Source: Massalongia carnosa (taxonomy: Eukaryota). Taken from it: a stretch of 64,000 bases of DNA. The translations under genes and the position numbers were made by a program. The stretch spans positions 124,001 to 188,000 of the forward strand of contig OZ287085.1 in NCBI GenBank assembly GCA_965645245.1. Direction: 5' to 3'. Under the pieces are notes generated by a model. The model did no database searches. It was not told the origin of the DNA and saw only the letters and a program-made list of their open reading frames with translations. Positions 12,198 through 24,981 of this stretch are shown here, piece after piece. Each line of letters begins with the position of its first letter. The first letter of the stretch is position 1.

Positions 12198-15100
12198 GAG
12201 AAGACTCGGGACAGTCCCCCCCCACCGTCCCCCCAGCGAAAATCATTGCAAATTAGGACTAGCTACAAGCCACCTCCCCATACTAATTACAGTCCCGTGC
12301 CAAAAGTCTGCGGCCCAACCCGTGATTCTCGTGATTTCGCGTTTTCAACTCATCAACCCCCCATCTTCCACCTCATCATTTCACCATGCTTCGTGCTTCT
12401 TTGACCCCCATAAGTGGTAATCGGCCTCGTAACACTGAATTGACGCCATATCAACGTGGTATGATTGTTGGGGCCCAGGCGTTGGGGCACACACCGACCG
12501 AGATTGGGAAGACTCTTAATTTCACTAAATCGACCGTGCAGAGCACCATTCAGAAGCACTCAATTCGCAACGACGGCGTGTCTAAATCACGTTCTGGACG
12601 GCCTGAAGTGCTGTCAGAACGCGATCGACGTTATATCATCAAGCATGCACGAATCAATCCACGAATCACTTATGCACAAATCAAACTAGAAGTGCGGCTC
12701 GGCTGCAGTCGTACGACCATTTATCGGGCACTCAAACTGTATGGTTTAACCAACTGGGTGGCTAAAAAACGACCTTTATTGACGCCTGAGGTGGCCAAGA
12801 AACGATTGGATTGGTGCTTGCTGCGGCGTGAGTGGACTTTTGAGCAGTGGTCAAGAGTTATATGGTCAGATGAGTGCTCGGTGGAAAAGGGGTCAGGAAA
12901 ACAGCGTCAGTGGGTGTTCAGATTGCCGAAAGAAAAATGGAATAAAGAGATGATACAACCTGTCCCCAAAGGCAAAGGAGTCAGTGTCATGGTCTGGGCA
13001 GCTTTTTGGGGAGATGACAGGTCAGATCTTTACAAATTGGCTCGTGATTTTGCTGCGAAGAAGATGGGGTACTCGGCGAACTCATATATGGAATTATTGA
13101 ACGATAATCTGCTTGGAATTTGGTAACCGGGCCTCATTTTCATGCAGGATAACGCACCTATACATAAGGCTAAAAAGGTGATGGAATGGTTCAATGAGAA
13201 CGGCATAGAGGTCATCGATTGGCCCCCCTATTCACCTGAATTAAATCCTATCGAGCACGTTTGGTATGTGCTCAAAAAGCTCGTCTATCAAGTCAACCCG
13301 AACATAGATTTGGTGATAGGCAGTGATGAAACAGTTCGTGAGGTACTTTGGAAAGCGTTAGAAGAAGCCTGGACGTTGATAGATGTGAAAATGATGAGGA
13401 CGTTAATAGAGAGCATGAATAGGAGGATAAAAGCGTGTATAGCGTCGGAAGGATGGTATACTAAATATTAAAAATCATTTTTTGGGGGAATTCTTGTTTA
13501 GTATGTATGTAATCATTATGTAAAGTTTCAAGACATTTCAGCAATCGTGACGTGGTTGATTGTTGATTGAATAGAATGATTGAAATGTTGGTGGGGTGCG
13601 GGGCCGCAGACTTTTGGCCTAGTACTGTATGTGCACGTTCACCGTCTCTCCGCAAGCTTCCTCTAGCTGATTTAGCTTAGCCCCGCATTCTGAAAAATCC
13701 TCATCTATTCATAATACTACTATTACTACTACTCCTACCACTCATTGCGATGATCTCAATTCCGAAAATGCATCACTCAATTGTGAAATATTATCCTTTC
13801 TAGGCTTCATAGTCTTAGCAACCTTTCTTGCAGCTGCGTTTTTCCTCTCCTCAGCCCTTGCTTGTTTGGCCGCTTGGTCGGCCCTCTGCTGAGACTCCAA
13901 ATCCAACTGAGCCTTCGATTTTTTGGCTACCACACCCCGTGACCCTCGTGTTGTTGTTGCAGACGATGTGGATGGTAGCTGGCTAGCGCGGATGTTTTTT
14001 TAACTGAGGCTATAAAGGGAAGGAGCTTTTGGAGAGGGAACCGTTTGGGAAAGAGCCTTTTGGCTATGTTTCGCCAGCACTTTATCAATATCTTCAAATG
14101 AATCGGAAGAAGATGCCGGGGATGGAGGGATAAAATCATCGTTCTCATTCAGAGAGAGTGGAGGATCGGGGGTAGGCTGAGTTGCTATATATTGCAGGTC
14201 ATCGTCGTCAGATACGATGATAGAATTTCCGGAATCTATACCGAATATTAGCCGCGCTACATTGATCGATTTGCTGATATCGTGGGTTTTTTATCATCAA
14301 TCATACCCTTGTCTTCACCGCCTGCCCGCAATTCATCCTCATGCCTTCTTCTCCTCCCTTCTTCAATCGAGTCCTTACGTTTAGCACGTCGCTGCTTAGC
14401 TTCATCTGCCTCAGCTGCCTCACGGCCAGTGTAAGCCCGCCAGCGACTCCCACTCTTTTTATACATGAGGTTGTCCTTCGGTCGGATTTCGTCGGGGAAA
14501 GTTGTAGGGATAAGTGGCCTCGCCAGCTACTTATCCTGCCATTTTTTATTGAAAATAGCAGTGAATTTGGCGAATTCACGAGCGTATCCCTCCCTTCTAT
14601 GCACATTTTCTATTGATTTATGAAAATCAATAGATTGATGTGCGGCCGCATGCAGCAAATCAACACCCCCGCGACGAAATCTATCCCCAGTATTATTGTC
14701 AACTGCCTTCTCGATCTCCTCTTCCGGCTCAGATTCTTGTCTTTGTTGAGCATTCCCCCCCTCATCCGCCTCCTCATCCTGCTCTTCTGTGGTCTTCCTG
14801 TGAGCTACTCTCCGAAACATCTCCGCGAAATTTATGGTGGGGTCGAAAACCATGCTCCACGAGACCACAAAAGGCGGGCCATCGAAAAACCAGCGGGGAA
14901 GAATGAGGGAGATAGGTATGGGGATAACATCAATGACGCAACGATACAACCAGCATCTGCACGGAAGACCGTATCGTGGAGGCAAATCACAATCATACAT
15001 ACAATCCTCACCGGTTGGTTCGATTAATGCAGTCCCTTCAACTCCAAAAGAAACCTGTTGATTGAAATCTTCGGCTAAAAGTTTAGCTGCATCCAACTCA

Positions 15101-16952
15101 CTAGATATGAGGTCAATAGCATGATGAGTTATTAAACCTATAAGGTCTTTAAACGCACTTCTATCCATTAGCCGGGGATTGTTGATTCGTTGATGATTGG
15201 TTGATATTTCGTAGTCAACCTGAACCCTTTGCACTGTTTCGCATATTTTCCGCACCGAGTCCTTAATAGGTGTATGCCTATTTGGCACATTCTTTACCAA
15301 CGGATGCAAACCTTCCACCCTTTGTGTGCTATGTGCACCTAAATGAGGGAACTTTCTGGTGTATGCGGAAACAAACTGACACTCCTGACGTTGATAATAG
15401 CTAGTAAAATACTCCTGGAATAGGAGTGAGTTAGCCCTTATTACCGTTTTTTGATGGCTTCATACCTTTTCTGAAGCATGAAGCTTCAATATCAACGCGT
15501 TTCTCTTCTCATCCAGCTGTTCAACGGTAGGAGTTTTGATCCACTCCCATATCAATTCATGCAGCTCTTTCCGTACTTCTAAAGGGTATGAACCCGCCCT
15601 GATCAGGCGTTTCTTGATTGTCTCCGCTGCGTGCCACGTGCATAATTGCAACACACAATCAGGGTCGTTTTCGTGTATTGATTGGGCGACTTGCCATGCA
15701 ACGGTCATTGCTGCATCCGGGTTTATTTCCTTAGCCCGTTTTTTATGCATCGCTGCAGTCAATCCAGCGGCGAAGTCTCCGAGGATGACCCTAGGACCAG
15801 GACATGTATCATGAAAAAAGAGATCTTTCATACAATCAAATAGAAAAGTAAAGCACTCAGCGGATTCAGAAGTTATATAACAATAGGCCGCGGGGAAAGT
15901 CTGATTTGTGCTGGTGATGCCAACCAACACCGATAGAGGTAAGTTCAACTGATTTGTATTGAACGTAGCATCCGTTTCTATCAAAAATCCACTGACGAAT
16001 CGTCTAGTCAGTCGGATCTGTTCAGCGTTACAGAAAAAGAAATGTTCAACAACACGTCTTCGGGGAGTATTGTTTTCAACGAGATATTTCTCCAAAGTCC
16101 GTACATGAAACCCTTCTTCTTCTAGAAATCCAAGTGCATAGGTCAACTCTTCTTCAGGTGTATTTTTGCCCTGGGATCGAGCCAGGTTGTAATAGTCCTT
16201 CTTCGAAAGGCGCAGGCCAGTCATTCCCAAAACGCGAGATGCTTGACCGTATCTAGTTGATGCATCACGGAGACTTTTTGCTTGATCTAGGGCAGTTGCT
16301 CGATCGAGGTCTTAGCTACAATGCTCTTTGAAACCGAAGGAGTCTGTAGCCATCTCGTGATTGTGATCAGGATTGGTGATGATTAATCTCCACGATTCGT
16401 CTTTATTTTGCTTCAGTCTTAGTCGATATTTGCACTTGTTGAACGAGACCTTCGTGTTTTTTCGTACGCGGTCCTTCTCCTCTAGCTTTCTAGTGTTTCT
16501 TTCTCTTTTGTAATGACGGGTGCAATCTAGTATAACGAGATGATTCTTCTTATCATTAGTCTCTGTGACCAATGCAAAGCCTTGAGTAAAGGCATAATTC
16601 TGAAGGCGGGTTTTTCCCTCCTCCCAGGAGATAAAGATTTCACTCTCACTCGGGAGGAAGACGATGAGACGACGGTAAACTCGCTATAGCACTTTGCAAA
16701 CGTGCATCCAGGGACGTTGATGTGAGGGCCATAGCAAAGAAAAAGATAAGGGAGAGAAGAAGTGCGGTCTACCTATCATAGTGATAAATTTATACAGAGG
16801 GATGGCTGCCTATACCTATAATATTATTAATAGAGACGGTGAACGAGGTATATGCACCTAATTATTTAGTATGGGGAGGTGGCTTGTAGCTAGTCCTAAT
16901 TTGGAATGATTTTCGCTGGGGGTACGGTGGGGGGACTGTCCCGAGTCTTCTC
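12198..16952 (-). mobile_element. Mutator-like element (MULE) with ~110-120 bp TIRs, degenerate transposase
   Basis: Left TIR GAGAAGACTCGGGACAGTCCCCCC...CATACTAATTA (12198-12289) continues after a Tc1 insertion as TGTGCACGTTCACCGTCTCT (13630-13650). It matches the reverse complement of 16832-16952. Internal ORFs carry MULE motifs DATFNTN..NLPL..LVGI, ILGDFAAGL, QLCTWH and a SWIM-like C..YGLPCRC. Confidence 0.9.
12290..13627 (+). mobile_element. Tc1 (DD34E) DNA transposon, full length, inserted in the MULE left TIR; transposase has one premature stop
   Basis: TA TSD (12288-12289 / 13628-13629) and imperfect 27-bp TIRs CAGTcccgtGCCAAAAGTCTGCGGCCC. ORF 12386-13471 has HTH, WSDE, QDNA and SPELNPIE (34 residues between D and E), with an in-frame TAA at 13124-13126. 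Confidence 0.95.
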
Positions 16953-18118
16953 GATGTTGATGGTAGTGAGATTTGATTCAATAAGCCTGCTTTCATTAGC
17001 CAAGCAGTTAGTATCTTCAGAGTTCTTGATGATTTGGTCAGCTGCTGATAGTCGCTCGTGCCGGCCGCGCGAAACAGCTGTTCTCTATTGTCAATAAGTC
17101 TGCAGAACGTGTTTACATGTTCTGAAGTTTGTCTGTGCCAGCCACATGGGTAGGCCGGTGAGGTGACGGAGGGCACCCGTCGCTTGTAGAGGAAGTCAGC
17201 TAACCCGATCTTGCCAGTGCGGATTTGTGTTGTTAGAGCGCTTTCTGCCTTTTCTAGCTGCGTGTGTATTTTCAGCCGTTTTTTGCTCAGTGGTACTGAT
17301 TATGCTATAGAGGGTTCGATGACGCGATTTTGATATGCGTATCACGAGTCGTTCCAGACCTTCATTTGTCGTGCTTTGATTGTTTGCATCTGCCTGTGTC
17401 GGGCCGTTGCCGCAACGGTAGCTTCGCGGTGCCACGCCGGGTAGACTTCGAACCATGGTGGGTGTGCCTTTGGTGGTTGAACTATTTTTGGGTCAATTAG
17501 TAGGCTTTTGAAGTCGTTTGCCAGCCTTGCCTTGAAGTTTGTCAGCTATTTTGTTGCAAGCGGAGGAGATGATCTTCAATTGGCCTCCGGCTCGGAGCCG
17601 GTACCTTGCCTGTGCTTGTAGCATGTCGAGATGCGTGTCTATGGGCGCTATGAATGTCTCTGCTTCTAGTACTGAGATAGGAGTGGCTTTAAAGGCACCG
17701 GCTATGGTGCGAAGGCAATTGTTGTCACGGTTTTACTCGACACTACTTCGCTACCAGACTATCGACCTAGCTACTTCGGATCTAACTCTCGAGCTCGAGT
17801 TTAGGCTGACACAAGCGGAACAAGCCGCGCTTGAGTCGGTTGAGGACTAGTGGCCGCTGGACTATATAGAGGCGAGATTTGTCTTTCGATTGTTCTTTTC
17901 TTCTTCATCTTGATTGTTTTCGTTTCCAGTGTCCCTATAGACTAGTTCTAGGTAGACCATAACGTTACAATCAAGATCACTTACCTTTGCTATCCTACGT
18001 GAGGGATATAAAAGAACTCACCTGAACCAAGAAGACCCCGAACCGAACTGTACCAGAACTCAAACGACGAACCGAAACGAAACCAGAAGAACCAGAAGAA
18101 CCAGAGACCGCCACTGCG

Positions 18119-19450
18119 TTGGCAACGAACCGAACCGAACTGAACCGAACCCAGAAAACGAACCTAGAAGAACCGAAGGAAGCCTCCCCTACAGTGATGG
18201 CGCGACCCCCGATAATCGAAGATGACCTCCCAACTAGAGAAGAGTCCATCATTCCAGAAACCCGAGAAACTGACGACGAACTAGAAGTAGCCGAACCTAT
18301 GATGATCGAAAACCTTAGACAATTGAAGGCATGGATGAAGCATGACCCACAAGCGGTATCCGTCATGTTTCAGGGCCTGAAGACCACCTACCTCGACAAT
18401 CTCATCCGCCATGGTAACGCGGTCGAAAAGATGGAACGCTTTCGAGATAGGATAAACCAGCTAGAGGGAATTGTGGATTACCAGAAGGAGGAACTCAGGG
18501 AGGCACGGCGCCAGGCCACCGAGGCACCAACTCGTGAACCAACTCGAGAACCATCACGCCCTCGCTCTCCTTCTCACACACCCAGCACCCAAGCGACCGA
18601 CAGAACGGACAAGAAGAAGTCCATGAAACTCCCTGACCCACCCATCTTTACCGATGGAAAAGAGATCTCCATTGACCATTGGCTGACGAAGATGCGGAGC
18701 AAACTAGCGGCCAATGATGACCACATGCCAACAGAAGTCCTAAAGAAGGCATTAGTGGAGAACCGAGTTGGTGGCGAAGCTATGGGTCACCTCGAACCTC
18801 GACTTCGGAAAGGTGCCATCAGACCCTTCACGACGGCCGAGGAAATGTTCGACCAATTAGAACGCATATACGGCGACTCTAACCGAAAGCGGACCGCTAT
18901 GAACAACTTCCGGACACTCAAGCAAGGAAGCAAGGACTTCAACACTTTTTGGGCCGAATTCCAACGTCTAGCAGCTGAATTGGACCATAACGAGGAAACG
19001 CTAATCGGGGAATTGAAGTACAAGCTCTCTTGGGAAATGAGCAGACAATTGGCCACCGGTGACCAGGAACCAACCGATCTATACGAATTTGGGCAGAAGT
19101 GTCAACGCCTTTATCAGAGCCTCAAGGAGTCGGACCGTAGTAAAGCCAGCATGAAACGTTTCGCCGAGAAACGTGCTAGCTTGGCTCAGAGCACCCCGAG
19201 CACCTCCGCCACGAGGACAACCACAACGGCCACCACCAAGACCTACGTGCTGCCCCGCCCGACCCCCAACCCCTCTACACCAAGGACCACTTACTACATG
19301 TCGGACGAGGAAAAGGAGCGACTGACAAGGGAAGGTCGTTGTTTCTTTTGCAAAGAGACGGGACATTTATCCAGGGACTGCGAAAAGAAGAAGAATCGGC
19401 CAGCGAGAATTCAGGAAATCGCTGAGGAAGTCGATTCGGGAAAAGAATGA
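18119..19450 (+). CDS. gag: Gag of Gypsy A (CCHC zinc knuckle); true ATG probably 18197
   Basis: KLPDPPIFTDG, retrotransposon gag core and CFFCKETGHLSRDC. Ends at slippery site G GGA AAA before TGA. Confidence 0.9.
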   Translation: MATNRTELNRTQKTNLEEPKEASPTVMARPPIIEDDLPTREESIIPETRETDDELEVAEPMMIENLRQLKAWMKHDPQAVSVMFQGLKTTYLDNLIRHGNAVEKMERFRDRINQLEGIVDYQKEELREARRQATEAPTREPTREPSRPRSPSHTPSTQATDRTDKKKSMKLPDPPIFTDGKEISIDHWLTKMRSKLAANDDHMPTEVLKKALVENRVGGEAMGHLEPRLRKGAIRPFTTAEEMFDQLERIYGDSNRKRTAMNNFRTLKQGSKDFNTFWAEFQRLAAELDHNEETLIGELKYKLSWEMSRQLATGDQEPTDLYEFGQKCQRLYQSLKESDRSKASMKRFAEKRASLAQSTPSTSATRTTTTATTKTYVLPRPTPNPSTPRTTYYMSDEEKERLTREGRCFFCKETGHLSRDCEKKKNRPARIQEIAEEVDSGKE

Positions 19451-22400
19451 CCTCCAACAAAGGCGCGGATGGAGGTGAACCTTTGTTGATTTCATCTAGC
19501 TGTTTACCAGGTGATTTGTTTACGGATGAATCTCTAGTCATACAATGTAGGCTAGGTAACAGCGAAGAAATAAAAGTAATGGGACTGTTGGACACGGGTG
19601 CAATAGGACACGCTTTTATTGATGAAACGACTGCGCGTGAAGTTTGCGAAAAGCTTTCAGATTTCCCCTCAGAGACTAACACGACCGAAACCAGTGAAAG
19701 GGTTCGATGGTAAAAGAGGCAAAGATATTACCCATGCCATCTATCCTACCCTGACCGTGCAAGACCATATGGAAACGGTCGCACCCCTGTTGATCACCAA
19801 GCTCGGACAACACAAGATGATTCTCGGAAAACCATGGATGAGGAAGCACGGGGTGATCATAGACATGGCTACCGACCAGATAGTCTTTTGGTCCGGACAC
19901 TGCACGTATCCGGGTATATCGAAGCCATCACCAGAAAAGAAGATAACGAAGACGACAAAAGAACCCGCTGAACCGAAGAAGGTCGTGAAAATCCTGACCA
20001 GAACGAATCAAAACGAACCTGGAAAAGTCAGGCCAGAACCGGCAATTTCAACCAAGACGACGTCGGACAAGGGACCATCAGACTCCGGAACCAAGGTTCA
20101 ACCGACCATCGAGGAAAAGCCGCTAGAGATGGCGATGATAGGGGCTGCTGCATACCGATTATTGTCCAAACAAAAGGGCGTCGAGTTATTTTCCATATCA
20201 TTGAAAGACATCGAGTATCAGCTGAATAAAGAAGACCGTCCCCCTACTGATCCAAAGACCGTAGTTCCCCCGGATTACCATGAATTTCTAGATGTCTTCT
20301 CGAAGGATGCATCCGACACGCTAGCACCTCACCGTTCCTATGATCATCGAATTATTCTGGAAGGCGGAAAAGACCACGGACATAGCCCTCTCAGAAGCAT
20401 GTCCCAAAAAGAACTGGAATTCGTCAAGAAATACCTGGAAGACAGCCTTCGAAAAGGGTTCATTGAGGCTAGTCACGAAGCCTGTTCATCCCCAATCCTT
20501 TTGGCCAGAAGGCCCAATGGAGGACTTCGCTTTTGTGTCGATTATAGAAGGCTAAATCAGCTGTCAAAGAAAGACCGCTACCCAATTCCGTTGATTGAAG
20601 AAACACTGGCCCAGCTGAAGGAAGCTAAGATCTTTTCAAAAATCGACATCCGACAGGCGTTCCACAAGCTCCGAATGGCCATGGAGTCCGAAGACCTGAC
20701 CACATTCAACTCCCATTTTGGTGCCTATAAATACAAGGTATTACCGTTTGGACTTTCCGGAGGACTGTCGACCTGGCAGCACTTCATCAATGATGTGTTG
20801 TTTGACTACCTGGATAAATTCTGCACGGCTTACTTAGATGACATCCTAATATATAGCAAAAATCTGAAAGAACATCGAGAACACGTGCGGACCGTTTTGA
20901 CTAAGCTCAGAGAGGCTGGACTTCAGGCTGACATAGACAAATGTGAATTCCATGTGACGGAAACGAAATATCTGGGACTGATCATAGGAGTTGATGGCAT
21001 TCGTATGGACCCGGCCAAGATCAAGGCTATTCAGGAATGGGAGACTCCCACCTGCCTACGTGAGGTTCGGTCGTTTATTGGCTTTTGCAACTTCTATCGT
21101 CGGTTTATCAGGGGTTTTTCAAAATTTGCCAAACCATTGAACGCCCTGACAAAGAAAGAAAGGATATTCGAATGGACTCCAGCATGTGAAAAGGCTTTCA
21201 GGACGCTACAGAAACGGATCGGTGAGACCCTAATCCTAATACATTTCGACCGGAACAAGCAGTGCTACTTGGAAATGGACTCCTCGGACCATGTTAATGG
21301 AGGTGTGTTGTCCCAGATAGGAGACGACGGAGAACTACACCCGGTAGCCTTCTTTTCGAAAAACATGAGTCCAGCGGAATGCAAGTACGAAATCTATGAC
21401 AAGGAACTGCTAGCAATCATTCGATGCTTTGAACAATGGAAGCCGGAACTCGAAAGCACGGATTTACCAGTGAAAATCTTTACCGACCACCGTAGCCTGG
21501 AGTATTTTATGACCACGAAGAAACTGACTAGACGGCAAGCCCGATGGGCGGAGTTCCTTTCGGAGTTCAATTTCGTCATCACCTACCGGCCTGGAAAGAA
21601 AAATGAAAAAGTGGACCCGTTGACCCGAAGGCCAAACGATAAACCCCAGGACGATGATGATGAAAGGCAACAACACCAACTGCAGACGTTACTACCCCCG
21701 GAAAGACTGGAACTTCAACCCATTGAAGAAGCGACGGAACCAGAAGAAATGACGCCGAACGATGAACCCGACCCCGAACTCCCGACACTCGATGAAAGAA
21801 TCAAACAGGAAAACCTCGAAGACGAACTCTGCACCCGGATTCGGAACGCGATAAAGGAAGAAAGCACTGATGACGACTCCCTACCGGACATAGAGAACTG
21901 TACCGAGAAGAACGGACTGCTATACAAACGAAAGCGCTTATGGGTGCCAGACAAGAAAGAAACCATCCTAGAGGTTATTCGGCAAATTCACGACCAAGTG
22001 GCGGTAGGACACCCCGGAATGGCCAGAACGGTGAATATAATCGGCCGGAACTACTATTGGCCAGGCATGAACAAGGACATACGTCGCTATGTGCGAAATT
22101 GCCATGTGTGTCGACGAGCCAAGGCCCCACGGGACAAGTATAATGGACTGCTGAAACCGCTACCCATACCGGAAAGACCATGGATGGACATCACCCTAGA
22201 CTATGTCACTGGCCTTCCGAAGAGCAATGGAAATGACGCCATACTGATGGTAGTGGACCGACTGTCCAAAGAAAGACACTATATCCCATGCACATGTGAT
22301 GAAGAAGGAACTACGTCCGAGGCCACAGCCAAACTCCTAGTGGACAACGTATGGCGCTATCATGGACTTCCAAGCAGTATAGTATCGGACCGGGGCCCTC

Positions 22401-23260
22401 AATTCACATCAACAGTTTGGAAAGCCTGGTGTAAAATCCTTGGAATCACAGCGAAATTGTCCACAGCCTACCATCCAGAAACAGACGGACAAAGTGAAAT
22501 CGCGAATCAGGAAATGAAACGTCACCTTCGGAGTTTCGTGAACTATAACCAGGACGACTGGGCGGACCTTCTTTCAATGGCGGAATTTGCCGCGAATAGC
22601 GCACCGTCGGCCACCACCGGACTGTCACCATTCATGGCCACAAAGGGTTATGAACCGAGGATGAGTTTCGACCCAACCGAACTGTCGTCAGAGTCAACAA
22701 GGGAAAGGCTAGCCAATGAAAAAGCCCGAGCGATTACCGAGGACATGAAGAAAATCTGGAGCTACGTCTAGCAAAATATGGGAAAGGCCAAGAGAGGCAA
22801 ATAACAGCAGCTGACCGACACCGAAGAGACGTGTCATATGAAGTAGGCGACATGGTATGATTGTCAACCAGAAATATCAAGACAGAACGAACGTCCAAGA
22901 AATTGGACCATAAGATGATCGGACCCTATCGAGTCAAGAAGTTAGTAGGGTCATCCTGTCAATTAGAACTGCCACCATCTATGAAAATTCACGATGTCTT
23001 CCAGCTTGCTTCGAAAGGCTTCAGACGACCCACTCCCAGGCCAGATAAACGAGCCACCGCCACCCATAGTCGTAGAAGGTAGCGAAGAATGGGAACTTGA
23101 TGACATTCTGGACTCCCGAAAGCGGTACCGAAAGGTGCAATACAAGGTCAAATGGAAGGGAATTGACGAGGACCTGACATGGTATGATGCCGGAGGGTTC
23201 GAAAATGCAAAAGAAGTGGTGCAGGACTTCCATCGACGAAACCCAAATAAACCGCGATAG
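19447..23260 (+). pseudogene. pol: Pol of Gypsy A (PR-RT-RH-IN-chromodomain), frameshifted
   Basis: Split over ORFs 19447-19713, 19619-22771, 22861-23082 and 22994-23260. Confidence 0.9.
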
Positions 23261-23822
23261 TCGCACTAACCACATCGGAAGCGGAGATAACGCGGACATT
23301 ATCGCGGTCAGGTGACTCGCGATCTAAAGCGGGTAGTGTCACGGTTTTACTCGACACTACTTCGGTACCAGACTATCGACCTAGCTACTTCGGATCTAAC
23401 TCTCGAGCTCGAGTTTAGGCTGACATAAGCGGAACAAGCCGCGGTTGAGTCGGTTGAGGACTAGTGGCCGCTGGACTATATAGAGGCGAGATTTGTCTTT
23501 CAATTTGTTCTTTCCTTCTCCATCTTGATTGTTTTCGTTTCCAGTGTCCCTATAGATTAGTTCTAGGTAGACCATAACAATTGTTTTGCATGACGAAGAG
23601 CTTGCTTGTTGACGTTTTTGACTTTTTGACTTCTTTGGGCATTTGCCATACGGTTAACCCATATGTCATGGCCGGACGCACCACGGCACTATAAACTTGC
23701 CTTGCCTTGGCGAAGGTGGCACCCCAGGTTGAGGTGGAAAATTTTGTCAATGCCAGGGATTGTTTGACCATTTTCTCTTGCGTTTTGCGAACGTGCGGTC
23801 CCTATTTCAATTTGGTGTCGAT

Positions 23823-24202
23823 TGTAACGGTTCAACCAGGATGTGGAATTGACTATCTACTGGGAAGCTATGCACTAGAAAATATCAAAGATACAGAAAG
23901 GAAACAAGCAAAGGGTGCCCTCTCTGAGAGTCTATATAGATAATCGCTTGGCCCGATCCAGCTGCTTGTGTCTTCATCAATAAGTGAACAGTTTGGTCAA
24001 ACAGTCTTTCTGTCCTTTGTCTCTTTCATCTATTTGTGTTTGCTTTAGAAGGTCGTTCCGATGCGTTCCTTTCAGTCCTTTCAGACCTCCGTTGATTGCC
24101 CCTATGATTGCTAAAGGGTTGAGTAACGGAAGCGGATAGTGCGCCGGCAGATGCCGTACTTTCCTTTGATTGGCCTTGGGTGGATGTGGTTGAACCGTGA
24201 CA
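23823..24202. mobile_element. Solo LTR (380 bp) inserted in the LINE
   Basis: TGTAACGGTTCAACCA...TGGTTGAACCGTGACA inverted termini and TCGAT TSD (23818-23822 / 24203-24207). Confidence 0.9.
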
Positions 24203-24981
24203 TCGATTTGTAGGCCCAATACTCTGATGTCCGTTTTTGGTTCAATTTCGGTGCTAGCAATATTGATGGATGTAGTCAGGTTGAATCTTTTGGGATTTCT
24301 GGATAAGTGTATGAGTTTGTACTTCGTCGGAGCGAATACGGACCCGTGCCGGGAAGCCTACGTCTCACATTGTCTGTGTATTGCCTCTAGAGATTTGCAG
24401 TTTTCCTCGGTGCTTTTTCCATATGCCAAAATATTTGCGTCGTCTACGAATCCTATGGCACTTATGTTTTTGCCTGGTCGATCACAAATTTCCAGTAGAT
24501 CTGCATTGTAAAATAGATAAAGAATGGATGACAGGGAAGAACCCCGCAGGATGCCCGTTCTTACCGCAAACCGCTCGGTGACTTTTCGACTTATTGCTAA
24601 AGTGGTGCTTCGATCGCTTAGAAAGCCGTTTAACCGGTCAGTGATCCATTTTGGAATTTTTCTTTTCAGTAGGTTATGCGTTAGTCGTTGATGTGATACC
24701 GTATCGAACACGCCGGCGACGTCTATGCTTAGCAGTGTGGCTACTTTGTCTTTTCCCTGTCCCCAAATCGTGTGAACCTGTTCAGTTAACAGTTCCAGTG
24801 CTGACTCTGTGGATCTGCCCTTCCTTGCTCCCATCTGTGTGTCGGGTAGGAGCCGGTGTATTTCCGATAGATAGGTTATTTCGATCCAATGATGGATTCC
24901 ATAACTTTACTGAGCGTGTTGAGCAGTGCAATTGGTCGGTGGGCTTTCGGCGTGGTATAGTCTCCTTTGCCTGGTTCTTTC

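Larger units (their letters stand above)
17723..23579 (+). mobile_element. Ty3/Gypsy chromovirus A, full length but pol disrupted
   Basis: LTRs 17723-17964 and 23337-23579 (~242 bp), ATTGT TSD (17718-17722 / 23580-23584), PPT before the 3' LTR. Order is gag, protease (LLDTGA), RT (YLDD), RNase H, integrase, chromodomain. Frameshift near 19660 and stops/frameshifts after 22770. Confidence 0.97.
16953..24981 (-). mobile_element. LINE (Tad1-like non-LTR retrotransposon) ORF2 remnant, interrupted by a Gypsy element and a solo LTR
   Basis: RT motifs GARKGRST..AL..L.EQ, LLSIDVAGVFDTV, GILRGSSLS and FVDD (24358-24834). RQVYSAVVRPAMTYG (23550-23771) resumes after the Gypsy TSD. C-terminal C.CGW.RQT.EHV..FC and WLMK.GLL.Q near 16960-17170. 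Multiple stops. Confidence 0.9.

Noticed and set aside
12198..12289. ~90-bp repeat (inverted at 16866-16952) first read as a LINE 3' UTR
   Set aside because: Similarity continues past the Tc1 insertion (13630-13650 vs 16832-16858) and brackets a MULE transposase, so it is the MULE TIR.
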